Part shown: positions 30,564 to 41,396 of the stretch, in pieces
How positions within the stretch are numbered: position 1 is the stretch's first letter
Layout of the letters: the number at the start of each line of letters is the position of its first letter
Sequence record: SRR31156797_3824
Length of the DNA stretch: 64,000 nt
Reading direction: 5' to 3' (one strand)
Made by a program: the position numbers and the translations under genes
Notes under the pieces: model-generated
Told to the model about the DNA's origin: nothing
Databases searched by the model: none
What the model saw: the letters and a program-made list of their open reading frames with translations, nothing else

Positions 30564-31943
30564 TTAAGCGTTAGCTGATTCTGGGTATTTCTTGCCGTCG
30601 GCATCGTCTATATCGACGACCTTCTTAGCATTCCATACCGTTAGAGCAAGTAGCATCGATACTACGCCTGCTGCTAACCAGAAGTATTGTGCATTACCGA
30701 AGTCGTAGTGCTTAGCACCGTCTACTTCTGTAATTGTGATTAGTGATGCTGAAATCAGTTCCTGTGCAGATGCTGCAATGTAAGAACATAGACCAATCAG
30801 ACCTTTCACCGCACCTACCGCGTTCTTAGGCATCAAGTCACAAGCGATTAGACCTGCTAGGAATACCACTAGACCACCGATAGAGAAGCCAATCATACTT
30901 AGTGCAACAGCATCGATGATGCGGTTATCAGGACCGAAGAACATCAGGCACATACCAGCGATGTTTGCAATTCCGTACAGTAGGTTTGGAATGTTACGGT
31001 TACCTTTAAACACTTTGTCAGATAGAACACCTGAAAGAATCGCACCAGCCAGACCCGCAGTTGGGTACATAGACATTGCAAAACCAGCGTCAATCAGTGA
31101 GTAGCCTTTCGATTCTTGTAAGAACAGAACCGCCCAAGAAGACATCGCGTAACGTGAAATGTACATAGCTGCACAAGACATTGCGATTAGCCATACAACA
31201 GGTTGCTTCAGGATGAACATCTGTGCACGACGTGTTTCTTTTGGATCAGATGCTTTCTTCATTTCAGCACCTTCACCAAACGCAGTACCTGGATCCGCTA
31301 GACCATAAGTTTGTGGACGGTCTTTAAGCAGCTTAAGCATGATTAAACAAGCAACGATTGCTGCAATACCTGCACCAATGAAGCCTGCACGCCAGCCAAA
31401 GTAGCTCACTAGAGATGCGGTTAGAATCCAAGTAATACCTTCACCGATATTACGTGAACCACCCCAGATTGAGTAACGGCTACCACGTTGGCTTGGTGAG
31501 AACCATTGGTATAAAGACACACAAGAAGGTGCTGAACCAACAGATTGGAACCAACCGTTTAAGCCCCATAGTAGGACAAAGAAAAACGCAGTGGTGTTCA
31601 TACCCATGAAGATTGCAGTGATACCCGAAAGTAACAGTGAAACCGACATGAAGCGACCAATGTTCGCGTAGTCCGATAAGAAACCGTTTAGGAACTTACC
31701 AAAGGCATAAGTGAAGAAGAATGCAGAACCCATGATACCAAGTTCTTCAATCGACACGATGCCTGCATCAAGCATTGGCTTTTTAACAACACCAAGGCTC
31801 ATACGTACTACGTAAAATACTGCGTAACCAAAAATTAGGCCTGAAAAGACCTGCCACTGATAACTCTTATAGAGTTTTTGCATTTTCTCTGTAGATAAAT
31901 CCAAGAGTGGTGCGTCAGGGCGAGTTTTAAAAAAATTGAACAT
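30564..31943 (-). CDS. pgtP: organophosphate:Pi antiporter family MFS, probable phosphoglycerate/PEP transporter (PgtP-like)
   Basis: YQWQVFSGLIFGYAVFYVVR, NGWFQ..WFS..RG OPA motifs; divergent from pgtCBA. Confidence 0.75.
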   Translation of the reverse strand: MFNFFKTRPDAPLLDLSTEKMQKLYKSYQWQVFSGLIFGYAVFYVVRMSLGVVKKPMLDAGIVSIEELGIMGSAFFFTYAFGKFLNGFLSDYANIGRFMSVSLLLSGITAIFMGMNTTAFFFVLLWGLNGWFQSVGSAPSCVSLYQWFSPSQRGSRYSIWGGSRNIGEGITWILTASLVSYFGWRAGFIGAGIAAIVACLIMLKLLKDRPQTYGLADPGTAFGEGAEMKKASDPKETRRAQMFILKQPVVWLIAMSCAAMYISRYAMSSWAVLFLQESKGYSLIDAGFAMSMYPTAGLAGAILSGVLSDKVFKGNRNIPNLLYGIANIAGMCLMFFGPDNRIIDAVALSMIGFSIGGLVVFLAGLIACDLMPKNAVGAVKGLIGLCSYIAASAQELISASLITITEVDGAKHYDFGNAQYFWLAAGVVSMLLALTVWNAKKVVDIDDADGKKYPESANA

Positions 31944-32193
31944 AAAAGTGCTCTCCGTTATTCACGACAACCAAACAAGGTGTGTTCGTTGGGAGCATCA
32001 TTAAGCAAAGTTACAATTGGCTCAAAAGTGGTGGTTTGGGGCAGAAGTGACACAAATGAATGGTTGGGGTGAGTCAAAAACGGGAAATAGGAGAACAGGC
32101 GATCTAAAATTATTGATAAAATTCAAACCATGATGCGTCACTGTTGACCCAAACCCTGGCGCGAGTATTTTTGATTAAATGGCAGAGATTTGA

Positions 32194-33525
32194 GTGAACG
32201 CACATTTTCTAAGGTTTTTGACTTTTTTTAGACGTATCCTTTCTCAAGCAAGTGGCTTAGGTTTGCTTTGCAGTTGTCTTTTTTTAGGCACTTCCGTTTC
32301 CGCCCAAGAGAAAGAATTGGTTATTCTGACCACTTTTTCGCGAGAGCCACTTCTACCTTTAATTGATGAGTTTTCTAAGCAATATCAGGATGTTGATGTT
32401 CAAGTTGTCCACCGGCGCGCTCAGTCCAGCGTGCAAATGCTGAGCAAAAGCTACATTCAGAATATTGATATCGTTTTGAGTTCGTCTCCTTACTTAATGC
32501 AGCATTTAGCCGAGAATGGTCGATTAACCACGTTGCCTGAGCGTTTTCAGGCACCGGAATGGTTACGGCCTTACATGTTACCTCCTGCCGGACAAGTCGT
32601 GACGATTGGTTATTCTGGCGCAGGCATTATTTGGAATCGTGATTATCTGCAAACCCACCGGCTGCCAAAACCTAAACAATTTTCGGATCTCGCTGCACCC
32701 GTTTACTTTGGTCACTTAACGATGAGTACGCCAGCTCGCTCCGGTACTACGCAGCTTATGGTTGAAAGCATTTTGGCCAAATATGGCTGGGAAGAAGGAT
32801 GGCGTTTGCTTACCAATATAGGTGCCAATATGGCGACCATTTCGTCACGTAGCTTTGGTGTGAGTGATTATGTCGCCAAAGGCCAATTCGGCATTGGGCC
32901 GACCATTGATAGTTATGCTTTGATACTCGAACGTAAGTTTGACCACGTTGAGTTTGCCTACGATGAGAGTTTTACGCTTATGCCAACTTATGTTGCTTTA
33001 GTGAATCAACAACATGACGACATTTATGCCAAAGCGTTTGTTGACTTACTGATGTCAAAAGCGGTGCAGACTAATATGGACGCTAATGACTTCGCCAAGC
33101 ATGGCTTAAGTGACAAGTCTTTGTTTAATGAGCACTATACCCGGTTGTCTGCCGCAACGCTTATTCAACGGGAAGATTGTTTAAACCTACTGTTTGACCT
33201 AATGATTTCAAAACGTCTTCCTGCCTTAAAAGATACTTGGTTATCGATAGTTTATGCTCGTAATCAGCACAATCAAAACAGACAGTTATCGGCTCAAATT
33301 GATGAAATAGAACAGCTAGTGTTTTCTGTTCCTATTAGTGAGAAAGAGTTAGATAAAGTGGTTAACCAAATATCACCTTTGGCGGATGCGAGTGATGAAT
33401 CCCAACAGGTCGCGAAAACCATGTTGTTGGCCGAGCTGAGCCATGCCTGGAAAAAGCGACTTGATACCAACTTGCAGCAAGCGAACGAGAAACTCAAAGC
33501 CTTAACCCGAGTAATGGCCCAATGA
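32194..33525 (+). CDS. pgtC: periplasmic sensor/binding protein, PgtC-like
   Basis: ELVILTTFS, MSTPARSGTT; ATGA overlap with the kinase gene; start uncertain. Confidence 0.8.
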   Translation: MNAHFLRFLTFFRRILSQASGLGLLCSCLFLGTSVSAQEKELVILTTFSREPLLPLIDEFSKQYQDVDVQVVHRRAQSSVQMLSKSYIQNIDIVLSSSPYLMQHLAENGRLTTLPERFQAPEWLRPYMLPPAGQVVTIGYSGAGIIWNRDYLQTHRLPKPKQFSDLAAPVYFGHLTMSTPARSGTTQLMVESILAKYGWEEGWRLLTNIGANMATISSRSFGVSDYVAKGQFGIGPTIDSYALILERKFDHVEFAYDESFTLMPTYVALVNQQHDDIYAKAFVDLLMSKAVQTNMDANDFAKHGLSDKSLFNEHYTRLSAATLIQREDCLNLLFDLMISKRLPALKDTWLSIVYARNQHNQNRQLSAQIDEIEQLVFSVPISEKELDKVVNQISPLADASDESQQVAKTMLLAELSHAWKKRLDTNLQQANEKLKALTRVMAQ

Positions 33526-35876
33526 GTTTATCCAAATACCATACGATTGGTGCCAAACTTCTGCTTGCATTTGGTTGCAGCACATTGCTGGTTACGATTG
33601 TCAGCGTCGTCAGTTGGGTGACTTGGAGCCGTTTAGATGATCAGGTCACAGAAGTGTTGGATAAAAGCGTCCCTAAGTATAACGCCAGTTATGTATTAGA
33701 GAGCCGTAGCTCCGAAATACGGCGTAAAATTCAGCAAATAGGTAATGCCACCAATAAAGTGACCTTGGATGAACAGGTAGAGAAACTCAACCGAGAATTG
33801 ATTGCCACGGATAATGTTCTCAGTTCACTTGAAGATAATGACGCCAAAGCCAATCTTCATAATGGCTACTTAAAGCTGAAGAGTATGAGTGAGCTATACA
33901 GTTCACTGGTTTCACAACGAATTGATGTTAAGCGTCAAATCGAAATGCTTGGCGAGCAGTTGCAGTGGATCTACCAAGACATGGAAATGGAGCTGGTCCC
34001 GCTAAGGCAAGAAATCCAGTGGCAGTTAGAGCGTAAAAGTTATGCAGAACAAACCGAAGAGCTGTTCAAGAAAATTAATCAGATTCAGGTTCTGATTGAT
34101 AACGGAAACCAGATCTACAATTTTGCGCGAGAGTTGATGGGTGCCACTCATCCCATTCAAGTCGACAACGGAATGAAGGTCCTTCACTATCGCCTAGAAG
34201 AGCTACAAAACGCCAGTAAGCCAATTATGTCGTTATCCGCTTCCATTGCGTATCAGCAATTGTTGGTGGAATGGCGAGAGTTACTGGCACTGCAAGGGCC
34301 TTATCATCAGCACTTAAGTTTAATGATGGAGCTACAACAAGGGTTGGATGAGCTTAGTGGCAGTATTCAACAGCAGTTAAATAATCAGCACTCAGAAATT
34401 GCTGATTTAGTGGCTAACGCGAGTGAGCTGTTTGTCTCGACTCAAAAAGAAACCACACAGTTGATCAAAGATGGGCACGGCATCCTTTTTGTCTGTTTTG
34501 GACTGTCGATATCTATGAGCTTGCTACTGACTTACTACTTTGTGAACCGCCGTATTGTTGGTCGACTTAACAATTTGAGTAACAGTTTAGATGCCATTAT
34601 CAACAATGATCTGAGCCATCCGATAGAGGTCGATGGCAAGGATGAAATCGGTAACCTTTGCGCTCAGCTCATTCAATACGGGCAAAAAGTTGAGGAGATG
34701 GAGCGAACCAATGCGCTGAGTTTGATCAATAACACTCAGGCAAGTTTGATTACTTGTAGCCTGCAAGGCGACATTGAATCGGCTAATCCAAGTGCTCAAG
34801 CCAGCTTGAAACTGCAACTTGATAAAGAGAAAAAAGCGTTGTGGAACTGTTTCCCTGAACGTGTACAGCGACAACTTCAGACACTGTTTAGCCCTGATGG
34901 CAAGCTCATCAAAAATGGTGCTGACAGTGTGACCTTATCGCTTGGGTGTGTAGAGAAACCTCACTATTTAAGGCTTTATTTACGCCGCTTTAACCAAGGT
35001 TTGCATGACAAGATTATCGTCACCATCACGGATGTGACCGACCAAGAGCATGCTAACTGGCTGCTAGAAGAGAGAGTGAAAGAGAAGACTCAATCATTAC
35101 TTGAGAACAACCAACAACTGCAAGCCGAAATTGAAGAGCGACAAATAGCGGAAGCTCACCTGAAGAAAACACAAGGCGATCTGATTCAGGCGGCGAAAAT
35201 GGCTGTGGTGGGGCAGACGATGACCAGCTTGGCACATGAACTGAATCAACCGTTGAGTGCGATGTCGACCTATTTGTACACAGCAAGGTTAGCAATAGAA
35301 CAAGCAGAGAAGTCTGAAACCGAACAAGTGTCGCAGTCACTGGCCCAAATCGAGAGCCTGACGGAAAGGATGGGAAAAATTGTTAATAGCTTGCGCCATT
35401 TTGCCCGTAAAAGTAGTAGCGATGAGCCACTGAAATCACTGGATTTAAAATCGGTGATTGAGCAGGCCATGTTGCTGGTTCAAACCAAAGCGAAACGGCA
35501 ACAAGTCGTGCTACATAACGAACTGCCCGATGATATCTCTGTTATTGGCGATACGCTGAGTTTGGAGCAAATATTAATCAACCTATTGGTGAATGCTTGT
35601 GATGCGACCAGCATGCATGAGCACAGAGACGTTTCACTCACTTTACTCTCAACGGATGAACACTATCACCGAATTGCTATCACAGATAGCGGTCCCGGAT
35701 TTGAACACAGCGTGGTTGGAAAACTGTTTACCCCATTTACAACAACTAAAGAAGTAGGCCTGGGCCTTGGGCTAAACATCTGTCAGTCACTGGTCGAAAG
35801 AATGAATGGCCATATTTACCTTGCCTCAGATTTAAATCGTGGGGCAATGGTTGTCTTGGAGTTACCTCATGACTAA
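33522..35876 (+). CDS. pgtB: sensor histidine kinase, PgtB-like
   Basis: 2 TM, HAMP, LAHELNQPL H-box, NLLVNA, DSGPG, GLGLGL. Confidence 0.85.
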   Translation: MSLSKYHTIGAKLLLAFGCSTLLVTIVSVVSWVTWSRLDDQVTEVLDKSVPKYNASYVLESRSSEIRRKIQQIGNATNKVTLDEQVEKLNRELIATDNVLSSLEDNDAKANLHNGYLKLKSMSELYSSLVSQRIDVKRQIEMLGEQLQWIYQDMEMELVPLRQEIQWQLERKSYAEQTEELFKKINQIQVLIDNGNQIYNFARELMGATHPIQVDNGMKVLHYRLEELQNASKPIMSLSASIAYQQLLVEWRELLALQGPYHQHLSLMMELQQGLDELSGSIQQQLNNQHSEIADLVANASELFVSTQKETTQLIKDGHGILFVCFGLSISMSLLLTYYFVNRRIVGRLNNLSNSLDAIINNDLSHPIEVDGKDEIGNLCAQLIQYGQKVEEMERTNALSLINNTQASLITCSLQGDIESANPSAQASLKLQLDKEKKALWNCFPERVQRQLQTLFSPDGKLIKNGADSVTLSLGCVEKPHYLRLYLRRFNQGLHDKIIVTITDVTDQEHANWLLEERVKEKTQSLLENNQQLQAEIEERQIAEAHLKKTQGDLIQAAKMAVVGQTMTSLAHELNQPLSAMSTYLYTARLAIEQAEKSETEQVSQSLAQIESLTERMGKIVNSLRHFARKSSSDEPLKSLDLKSVIEQAMLLVQTKAKRQQVVLHNELPDDISVIGDTLSLEQILINLLVNACDATSMHEHRDVSLTLLSTDEHYHRIAITDSGPGFEHSVVGKLFTPFTTTKEVGLGLGLNICQSLVERMNGHIYLASDLNRGAMVVLELPHD

Positions 35877-37134
35877 AAGTACCGTATTACTGATCGACGA
35901 CGATCAGGATGTACTCGATTCATATTCACATTTAATGTCGATAGCTGGTATCACATCAAAAGCCCTGCTTAATCCGGAACAGGCTTTGACTAATATCACC
36001 CCTGATTGGAATGGTGTAGTGGTGCTCGATATGTACATGCCACAAATGCACGGCATGGACGTATTAAAAGCGATCAAATCTATTGATGAGCGAATTCCAG
36101 TCATTGTGATAACGGGTCATGGTGATATCCCGATGGCAGTGGAAGCCGTAAAACTGGGGGCTTGTGACTTTATCGAAAAGCCGATTAACCCGCCTCAACT
36201 GCTTGGGTTAATCAAACAACATATCGATCAGCGTCGTTATTTTATTGAACAAAAGTTGTCTTTGACTCGAAGTGTGAAGAGAGATCTGGTTGGTAAATCA
36301 GCACAGATAGAACGTATTCGAACCCATGTTGCCCAGTTTGCTATGTTGAACAATCATGTTGTTATTAGTGGTGAATCTGGGGTTGGCCGTCACACAATTG
36401 CTTATTTAATTCACCAGCTGTCTTGTCAGGGGAAAGATTTACCCATATCTGAACTGGCTATTAACCCTAAAACCAATGTAGAAGAGTTAGATAAACATCT
36501 CCAAGTCAGTGCTGGTGGCTGTTTGCTTCTGGATAATATCGAACAAATGGGCGATGAAGTACAACGCCACCTAATTCAAGTGTTGTTGAATCAAGAGCGG
36601 TTAACGATTCCAAGAACCCGAGTGATTGCGATTTTAGCGACCGATTCGGAACAGTTGATTGCCAACAACAACCTATTGCCAGAGCTGTATTATTTGCTCA
36701 ATCAAGGTGTGATTGAAGTTCCTTTATTAAAACAGCGACCTGACGATATTGCCGCGCTATTCCATTACTTTCTTAAGCAGAGTTGCAATAAGTTGGGCAA
36801 GCTATTACCTGCGGTAGAGCCGAGTTATCTTGCATTGTTAAGAGCACACGATTGGCCTGGCAATATCCGTGAACTTCGTAATGTAGCGGAACTGTACGCG
36901 ATAGGCATTGTTAAGTTAACGGGGAAAGATCGCATCTATAGCCAGGTCGAAATGACCTCACCATTGGATGAGTTGGTGGATGACTATGAAAAGCAGATCA
37001 TTGAAGATGCGCTGTTTTTGTACTCAGGCAAGGTGGCAGAAGCGGCAAACTACTTACAGATACCGCGTAAGAAACTGTACTTAAGAATGAAAAAGCACGG
37101 GATCGAGAAAGACCAATACAAAGCCCGTGGTTAA
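35869..37134 (+). CDS. pgtA: response regulator, PgtA-like (REC, degenerate AAA+, Fis HTH)
   Basis: LIDDD..LDMYMP..KP receiver; WPGNIRELRN; C-terminal HTH. Confidence 0.85.
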   Translation: MTKSTVLLIDDDQDVLDSYSHLMSIAGITSKALLNPEQALTNITPDWNGVVVLDMYMPQMHGMDVLKAIKSIDERIPVIVITGHGDIPMAVEAVKLGACDFIEKPINPPQLLGLIKQHIDQRRYFIEQKLSLTRSVKRDLVGKSAQIERIRTHVAQFAMLNNHVVISGESGVGRHTIAYLIHQLSCQGKDLPISELAINPKTNVEELDKHLQVSAGGCLLLDNIEQMGDEVQRHLIQVLLNQERLTIPRTRVIAILATDSEQLIANNNLLPELYYLLNQGVIEVPLLKQRPDDIAALFHYFLKQSCNKLGKLLPAVEPSYLALLRAHDWPGNIRELRNVAELYAIGIVKLTGKDRIYSQVEMTSPLDELVDDYEKQIIEDALFLYSGKVAEAANYLQIPRKKLYLRMKKHGIEKDQYKARG

Positions 37135-37150
37135 TCGCCAAGCGCAATAG

Positions 37151-37184
37151 TAAAAGAGGGAACCCGTGGTTCCCTCTTACTTTA
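37151..37184. terminator. bidirectional terminator between pgtA and ampG
   Basis: AAGAGGGAACC-CGT-GGTTCCCTCTT. Confidence 0.8.
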
Positions 37185-38567
37185 TTCAACGACTTTTTCT
37201 TCAACCAACTCTTCTTTGTGATCTTTGGCTTTGTTTAATAGATCGGTAAAGTAATGACGTAGCGTATACAGCATGATCAAACTTGGGATCACCATTAACG
37301 AAGTCAGAATAAAGAACAGTGACCAATCGTTTAAGTAGTCTGCCAACTCTCCACTAAATGAGGCTAAGGTTGTTCGGCCAAAGTTCCCCAAAGAAGCCAA
37401 TAAAGCATATTGGGTTGCAGAGAAGGCTTGTCCTGTCATCACTGTTAAGAACGAAACAAAGGCAACAGTAGAGAACGCGGTTGTGAAGTTATCGACAACA
37501 ATAGTGGCAAGGAACAGATGCTCATTCGGGCCAACCTGTGCAATCCACGCAAACATCAGGTTACTGGCTGACATGGCAATACCACCAATCATCAAACCTC
37601 GAACGATACCAAACTTCACGTTGACCATGCTGCCCAATAGTGTGAATAGCATGGTAATGCCCCAGCCAATCAGTTTTGAGTAATAGCCAATTTGCTCGTT
37701 GCTGAAGCCGACTTCTTTGTAGAAGGCGATAGACATTCGACCAAGGAATGCTTCCCCAATCTTAAATAGGAACACAAATAGTAGTAGGGTAATTGCAACC
37801 GAAACACCATTACGGCGGAAGAAATCAAAAAATGGTTCCAGCACCGTTACGCTCAACCATGAAAGCACTTTATTGTGTACGACTTTGCTGTGACGTTGCT
37901 CTGCTTGCTGCTGAAGCGCTTCTCGTTGCGTGTTGGGCTCACCAACCAGTAAGGTGAACAGCATTAATACGCCAACGATAGCGGCCATTCCGTAATACAC
38001 GCCATTCCAGCCTATCGCGTCAGCATTAATGAAAGCGAGGTAACCCGGCAACGAGTACCCCGTCCACCAACCGATAACAGCCATCGCGGAAGCTTGAGGC
38101 AGTTTACTGGATTCTGATTTCGGGAAGGTATCAATACGAAACGCATCAATGGCGATATCTTGAGTGGCGGAAGCTATTGCCACACCCAGTGCCAGCATAG
38201 ATGTCAGCATTAGGTTGGTCGCTGGGTTAACGCCAGCGATAAATAAGGTACAGATTAGAATCAAGCACTGACAAAGCAGAATCCAGCTTCGGCGTTGACC
38301 TAATAGTGCGTGCAGAATGGGTAACTTAACCCTGTCGACAGCCGGAGCCCAAAGGAAGTTAATCGCATAAACCGCAAACACACTACCGAAATAGCCAATA
38401 GCACTGCGGGTTAATCCCGCATCTTTTAGCCACCCTGACATATTGGAACCAATAAGTACCCACGGAAAACCGCTAGAGCAACCTAGCATTAATACCCAAA
38501 GTAGGCGGCGGTCATAGTAGCTACGGATAGTTTCTAGCCAGGAAGGGGATTGGCTTTGATGTTGCAT
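37182..38567 (-). CDS. ampG: muropeptide permease AmpG
   Basis: LGCSSGFP, FLWAPAVDR, GQRRSW, SATQDIAIDAFR, SATQYALLAS; ATG 38567 after AAGGA. Confidence 0.92.
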   Translation of the reverse strand: MQHQSQSPSWLETIRSYYDRRLLWVLMLGCSSGFPWVLIGSNMSGWLKDAGLTRSAIGYFGSVFAVYAINFLWAPAVDRVKLPILHALLGQRRSWILLCQCLILICTLFIAGVNPATNLMLTSMLALGVAIASATQDIAIDAFRIDTFPKSESSKLPQASAMAVIGWWTGYSLPGYLAFINADAIGWNGVYYGMAAIVGVLMLFTLLVGEPNTQREALQQQAEQRHSKVVHNKVLSWLSVTVLEPFFDFFRRNGVSVAITLLLFVFLFKIGEAFLGRMSIAFYKEVGFSNEQIGYYSKLIGWGITMLFTLLGSMVNVKFGIVRGLMIGGIAMSASNLMFAWIAQVGPNEHLFLATIVVDNFTTAFSTVAFVSFLTVMTGQAFSATQYALLASLGNFGRTTLASFSGELADYLNDWSLFFILTSLMVIPSLIMLYTLRHYFTDLLNKAKDHKEELVEEKVVE

Positions 38568-38619
38568 TGACAATTCCTTGTCGAAAAGAACTCCGGCACA
38601 AAGGCCGGAGCAATTCGAG

Positions 38620-39168
38620 TTATTTAATTAAAGTCGCACTGGTAATAATGATGGGTGTTACAGGAACATCTCTCATTCTGCCCAAGGTGCGGGTCGGCTG
38701 TTGAGCCATTTTCTGGATAATATCAAAGCCTTGTGTAACTTGACCAAAAACGGCGTAACCCGGTGGGCGTTGATCGTAGTTCAGGAAATCATTGTCGACT
38801 AAGTTGATATAAAATTGACGTGTTGCCGAGTTTGGATCGTTAGTTCGAGCCATGGCAATTGTCGCTGTATCATTACGTAAGCCATTACTTGCTTCATTTT
38901 TGATTGGCGCGTAAGTGCTTACTTGTTTCATATCACTATCAAAGCCGCCACCTTGAGCCATAAAGCCAGGGATGATGCGATGGAATTGTGTTCCAACGTA
39001 GCTGCCGTCTTCAACGTAACGGATAAAGTTTTCCACACTAATCGGTGCTTTTTCTTCGTTGAGTTCGATAGTAAAGCTACCCAGAGTTGTCGTGACTTCG
39101 ACTTTCGGTCCCGCCCAAACGGTACTGCTGATGACGAGCGCTAGGCCGGTAAGCAAATGCTTAACCAT
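38620..39168 (-). CDS. ppiA: periplasmic cyclophilin-type peptidyl-prolyl isomerase
   Basis: Signal peptide; FHRIIPGFMAQGGGF, IAMART..SAT.QFYIN. Confidence 0.9.
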   Translation of the reverse strand: MVKHLLTGLALVISSTVWAGPKVEVTTTLGSFTIELNEEKAPISVENFIRYVEDGSYVGTQFHRIIPGFMAQGGGFDSDMKQVSTYAPIKNEASNGLRNDTATIAMARTNDPNSATRQFYINLVDNDFLNYDQRPPGYAVFGQVTQGFDIIQKMAQQPTRTLGRMRDVPVTPIIITSATLIK

Positions 39169-39736
39169 TGAAACGCTCCTTCATGTAGTCTTTCAGCTCA
39201 GAATCGTCAGCGATCTCTTTTAGTACCAGGTTAACGACATCATTCAGTACTTTTTCGATATCTTCATTTGAAGCACTTAAAGAGCCGGTGCGTTTCGCTG
39301 TACCTGTGTAGCTTTTAACCATTTTACCTTGAGGGGTTTCTGCGGTCAGTTGCAGGATCACGCTGCCGTTCATCTCATTCTCCATAATAGAGTGAGTGAC
39401 GGTCACTAAAGCTTCCTGAATCTCAAGAGTCACGCTGTTTTCGCTGTTAACAGTAATGCTAAAGCCTTGCGAGTCAAACTGTTCTGCTAGGGCGTTTTCC
39501 AGCGCGATACGAACATTTTGTCTAGCGTGAATCGGTTCAATGTTGTTACGGCCACTATCGACGAGTGCGACATATTGCGCAGAACGAACGTCTTTACTGG
39601 CGAATGTAAAGCTACTGTTCTTTACAATATCGCTTTTACTCAAAACAGCGCTAGGCATAAAGCTTAACTGTTGTGGTTGAGGCGCAGAGCAAGCGGCCAA
39701 TAAAGCAATAGAAGCTGCGAGAACCAGTTTTTTCAT
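39161..39736 (-). CDS. yajG: YajG-family lipoprotein
   Basis: MKKLVLAASIALLAAC lipobox; synteny with ampG and bolA. Confidence 0.82.
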   Translation of the reverse strand: MKKLVLAASIALLAACSAPQPQQLSFMPSAVLSKSDIVKNSSFTFASKDVRSAQYVALVDSGRNNIEPIHARQNVRIALENALAEQFDSQGFSITVNSENSVTLEIQEALVTVTHSIMENEMNGSVILQLTAETPQGKMVKSYTGTAKRTGSLSASNEDIEKVLNDVVNLVLKEIADDSELKDYMKERFNG

Positions 39737-39796
39737 GGTCAATTCCTTTCGTTGGTTTCGGCATGTTAGGCACATGCATAGGATCATTAGACCCTT

Positions 39797-40924
39797 CTAC
39801 TTAGTAGCTTGTAAGATAACAAATTTTTTGTTGCTCGCGACAGTCTTAACTTTTGAATTACTAAATATGCGCGCGAGTTTATTATCGTATCCGAGGTGAC
39901 GATTACCGATAACCAATAATTTGCCTCCTTGCTTCAGAACTTGCTTTGAATCACAGAACATTTGCCATGCAATGTGATCTGTCACAGCTTGTTGCTGATG
40001 GAACGGTGGATTACAGACAATAAAAGAAGCACTGTTACTTTCGATGTTGTCCAGACAATTGTTGGCAATACAGTGAATGTCTCTCTCTTCTGATAAATTG
40101 TTTTTGAGATTACGTTGCGCTGATTCGATAGCCATAAAGCTCTCGTCAATGCAGGTAATCTTGGCTTGTGGATTGAGTTTCGCTAATTTCACTGACAGAA
40201 CGCCATTTCCACACCCAAGGTCGATAAAGTCCTGTAAGTTTTCACTCGGTAAATGTTGTAACAACAAGCGAGCACCTTGATCGAGACTCTCTCCGGAATA
40301 CACATTGGGTAGATTGACCAACTCAATCTGCTCTCCTTCAACCGGCCACTTCACTTCTTCTTGTGCACTCAGCGGTTGCTGACAATTTGCGTAACAGTGC
40401 ACCAAACGGTGCTTTTTCCACGCTAAGGAGGTTTTCGTCTCTCCTAAGTGTTTTTCAAACAACTGTAGTGTCGAAGTGTGGATCTCTTTGGCTTTATTGA
40501 CCGCAATAACTGGGCACTTTTCATTCAAAGTGTGACGTAACCTGCCAAGTAGCCAAGTGAGATGACGATTATTCCGAGGGATTTGCATCAGTACTAAGTC
40601 AATATCGTTAGGTATCTCATCGATCGTGCTAAGCAGTGTCACGGGAGTGCAAGAATTTGCTTCTAAGTTCTGTTTTGTTGCTTGATGAGAGATGTAAGAG
40701 TCACTCATCATAAAAACTTGGTGTCGTTCTGAAAACCAACAACTTAACGCACCAAACGAATCATTTAAGATCAAGATACGCTGAGATGGTGCAAGGTCCA
40801 TCTCTTGTACTGTGTTGATCAAATATTCGTCGCCAGCGTCCCATGCTTGAAGCTGTTCGCTACTGCGTTGTGGGAATCGGTGAAGCGTTAATGTGCGTTC
40901 ATGTAGCGCAAGCTCAGTTTTCAT
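39797..40924 (-). CDS. rlmG: 23S rRNA m2G1835 methyltransferase (RlmG/RsmC family)
   Basis: LQAWDAGDEYL, DLGCGNG, CNPPFH. Confidence 0.85.
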   Translation of the reverse strand: MKTELALHERTLTLHRFPQRSSEQLQAWDAGDEYLINTVQEMDLAPSQRILILNDSFGALSCWFSERHQVFMMSDSYISHQATKQNLEANSCTPVTLLSTIDEIPNDIDLVLMQIPRNNRHLTWLLGRLRHTLNEKCPVIAVNKAKEIHTSTLQLFEKHLGETKTSLAWKKHRLVHCYANCQQPLSAQEEVKWPVEGEQIELVNLPNVYSGESLDQGARLLLQHLPSENLQDFIDLGCGNGVLSVKLAKLNPQAKITCIDESFMAIESAQRNLKNNLSEERDIHCIANNCLDNIESNSASFIVCNPPFHQQQAVTDHIAWQMFCDSKQVLKQGGKLLVIGNRHLGYDNKLARIFSNSKVKTVASNKKFVILQATK

Positions 40925-41093
40925 ATTTGGAACTATTGGTTGTTATTGACCGATGGATTGTCTCAAATGCAGCTAGAACAGGGAACCAAAACCTTTCGCT
41001 TTGACCTGTTGAGCAGTAAAATGCTGTGAAAGTAGAGTTAATTATAATTATGAAGCCGAGTTTTTGTACTAAGGTTTATAACAAGGAAGCATT

Positions 41094-41396
41094 ATGATTC
41101 AAGAAGTTATTGAAAGTAAGTTGCGCGATAGTTTCCAACCAGAATTTCTCGATGTGAGTAATGAAAGCTACATGCACAACGTGGCTTTGGAATCAGAGAG
41201 TCATTTTAAGGTTGTTATTGTTACCAATCATTTTGAAGGTCAGCGCTTGCTGATGCGTCATCGACAAGTTAATCAAGTGTTAGCTGATGAATTACGTAAT
41301 CATATCCACGCTTTAGCGATACATACTTATACTCCGCAAGAGTGGGATGACTTACAAAAACAAGCGCCTGATAGTCCTATGTGTTTGGGTGGTTAA
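41094..41396 (+). CDS. bolA: BolA family protein
   Basis: [28 protein letters not shown]. Confidence 0.93.
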   Translation: MIQEVIESKLRDSFQPEFLDVSNESYMHNVALESESHFKVVIVTNHFEGQRLLMRHRQVNQVLADELRNHIHALAIHTYTPQEWDDLQKQAPDSPMCLGG

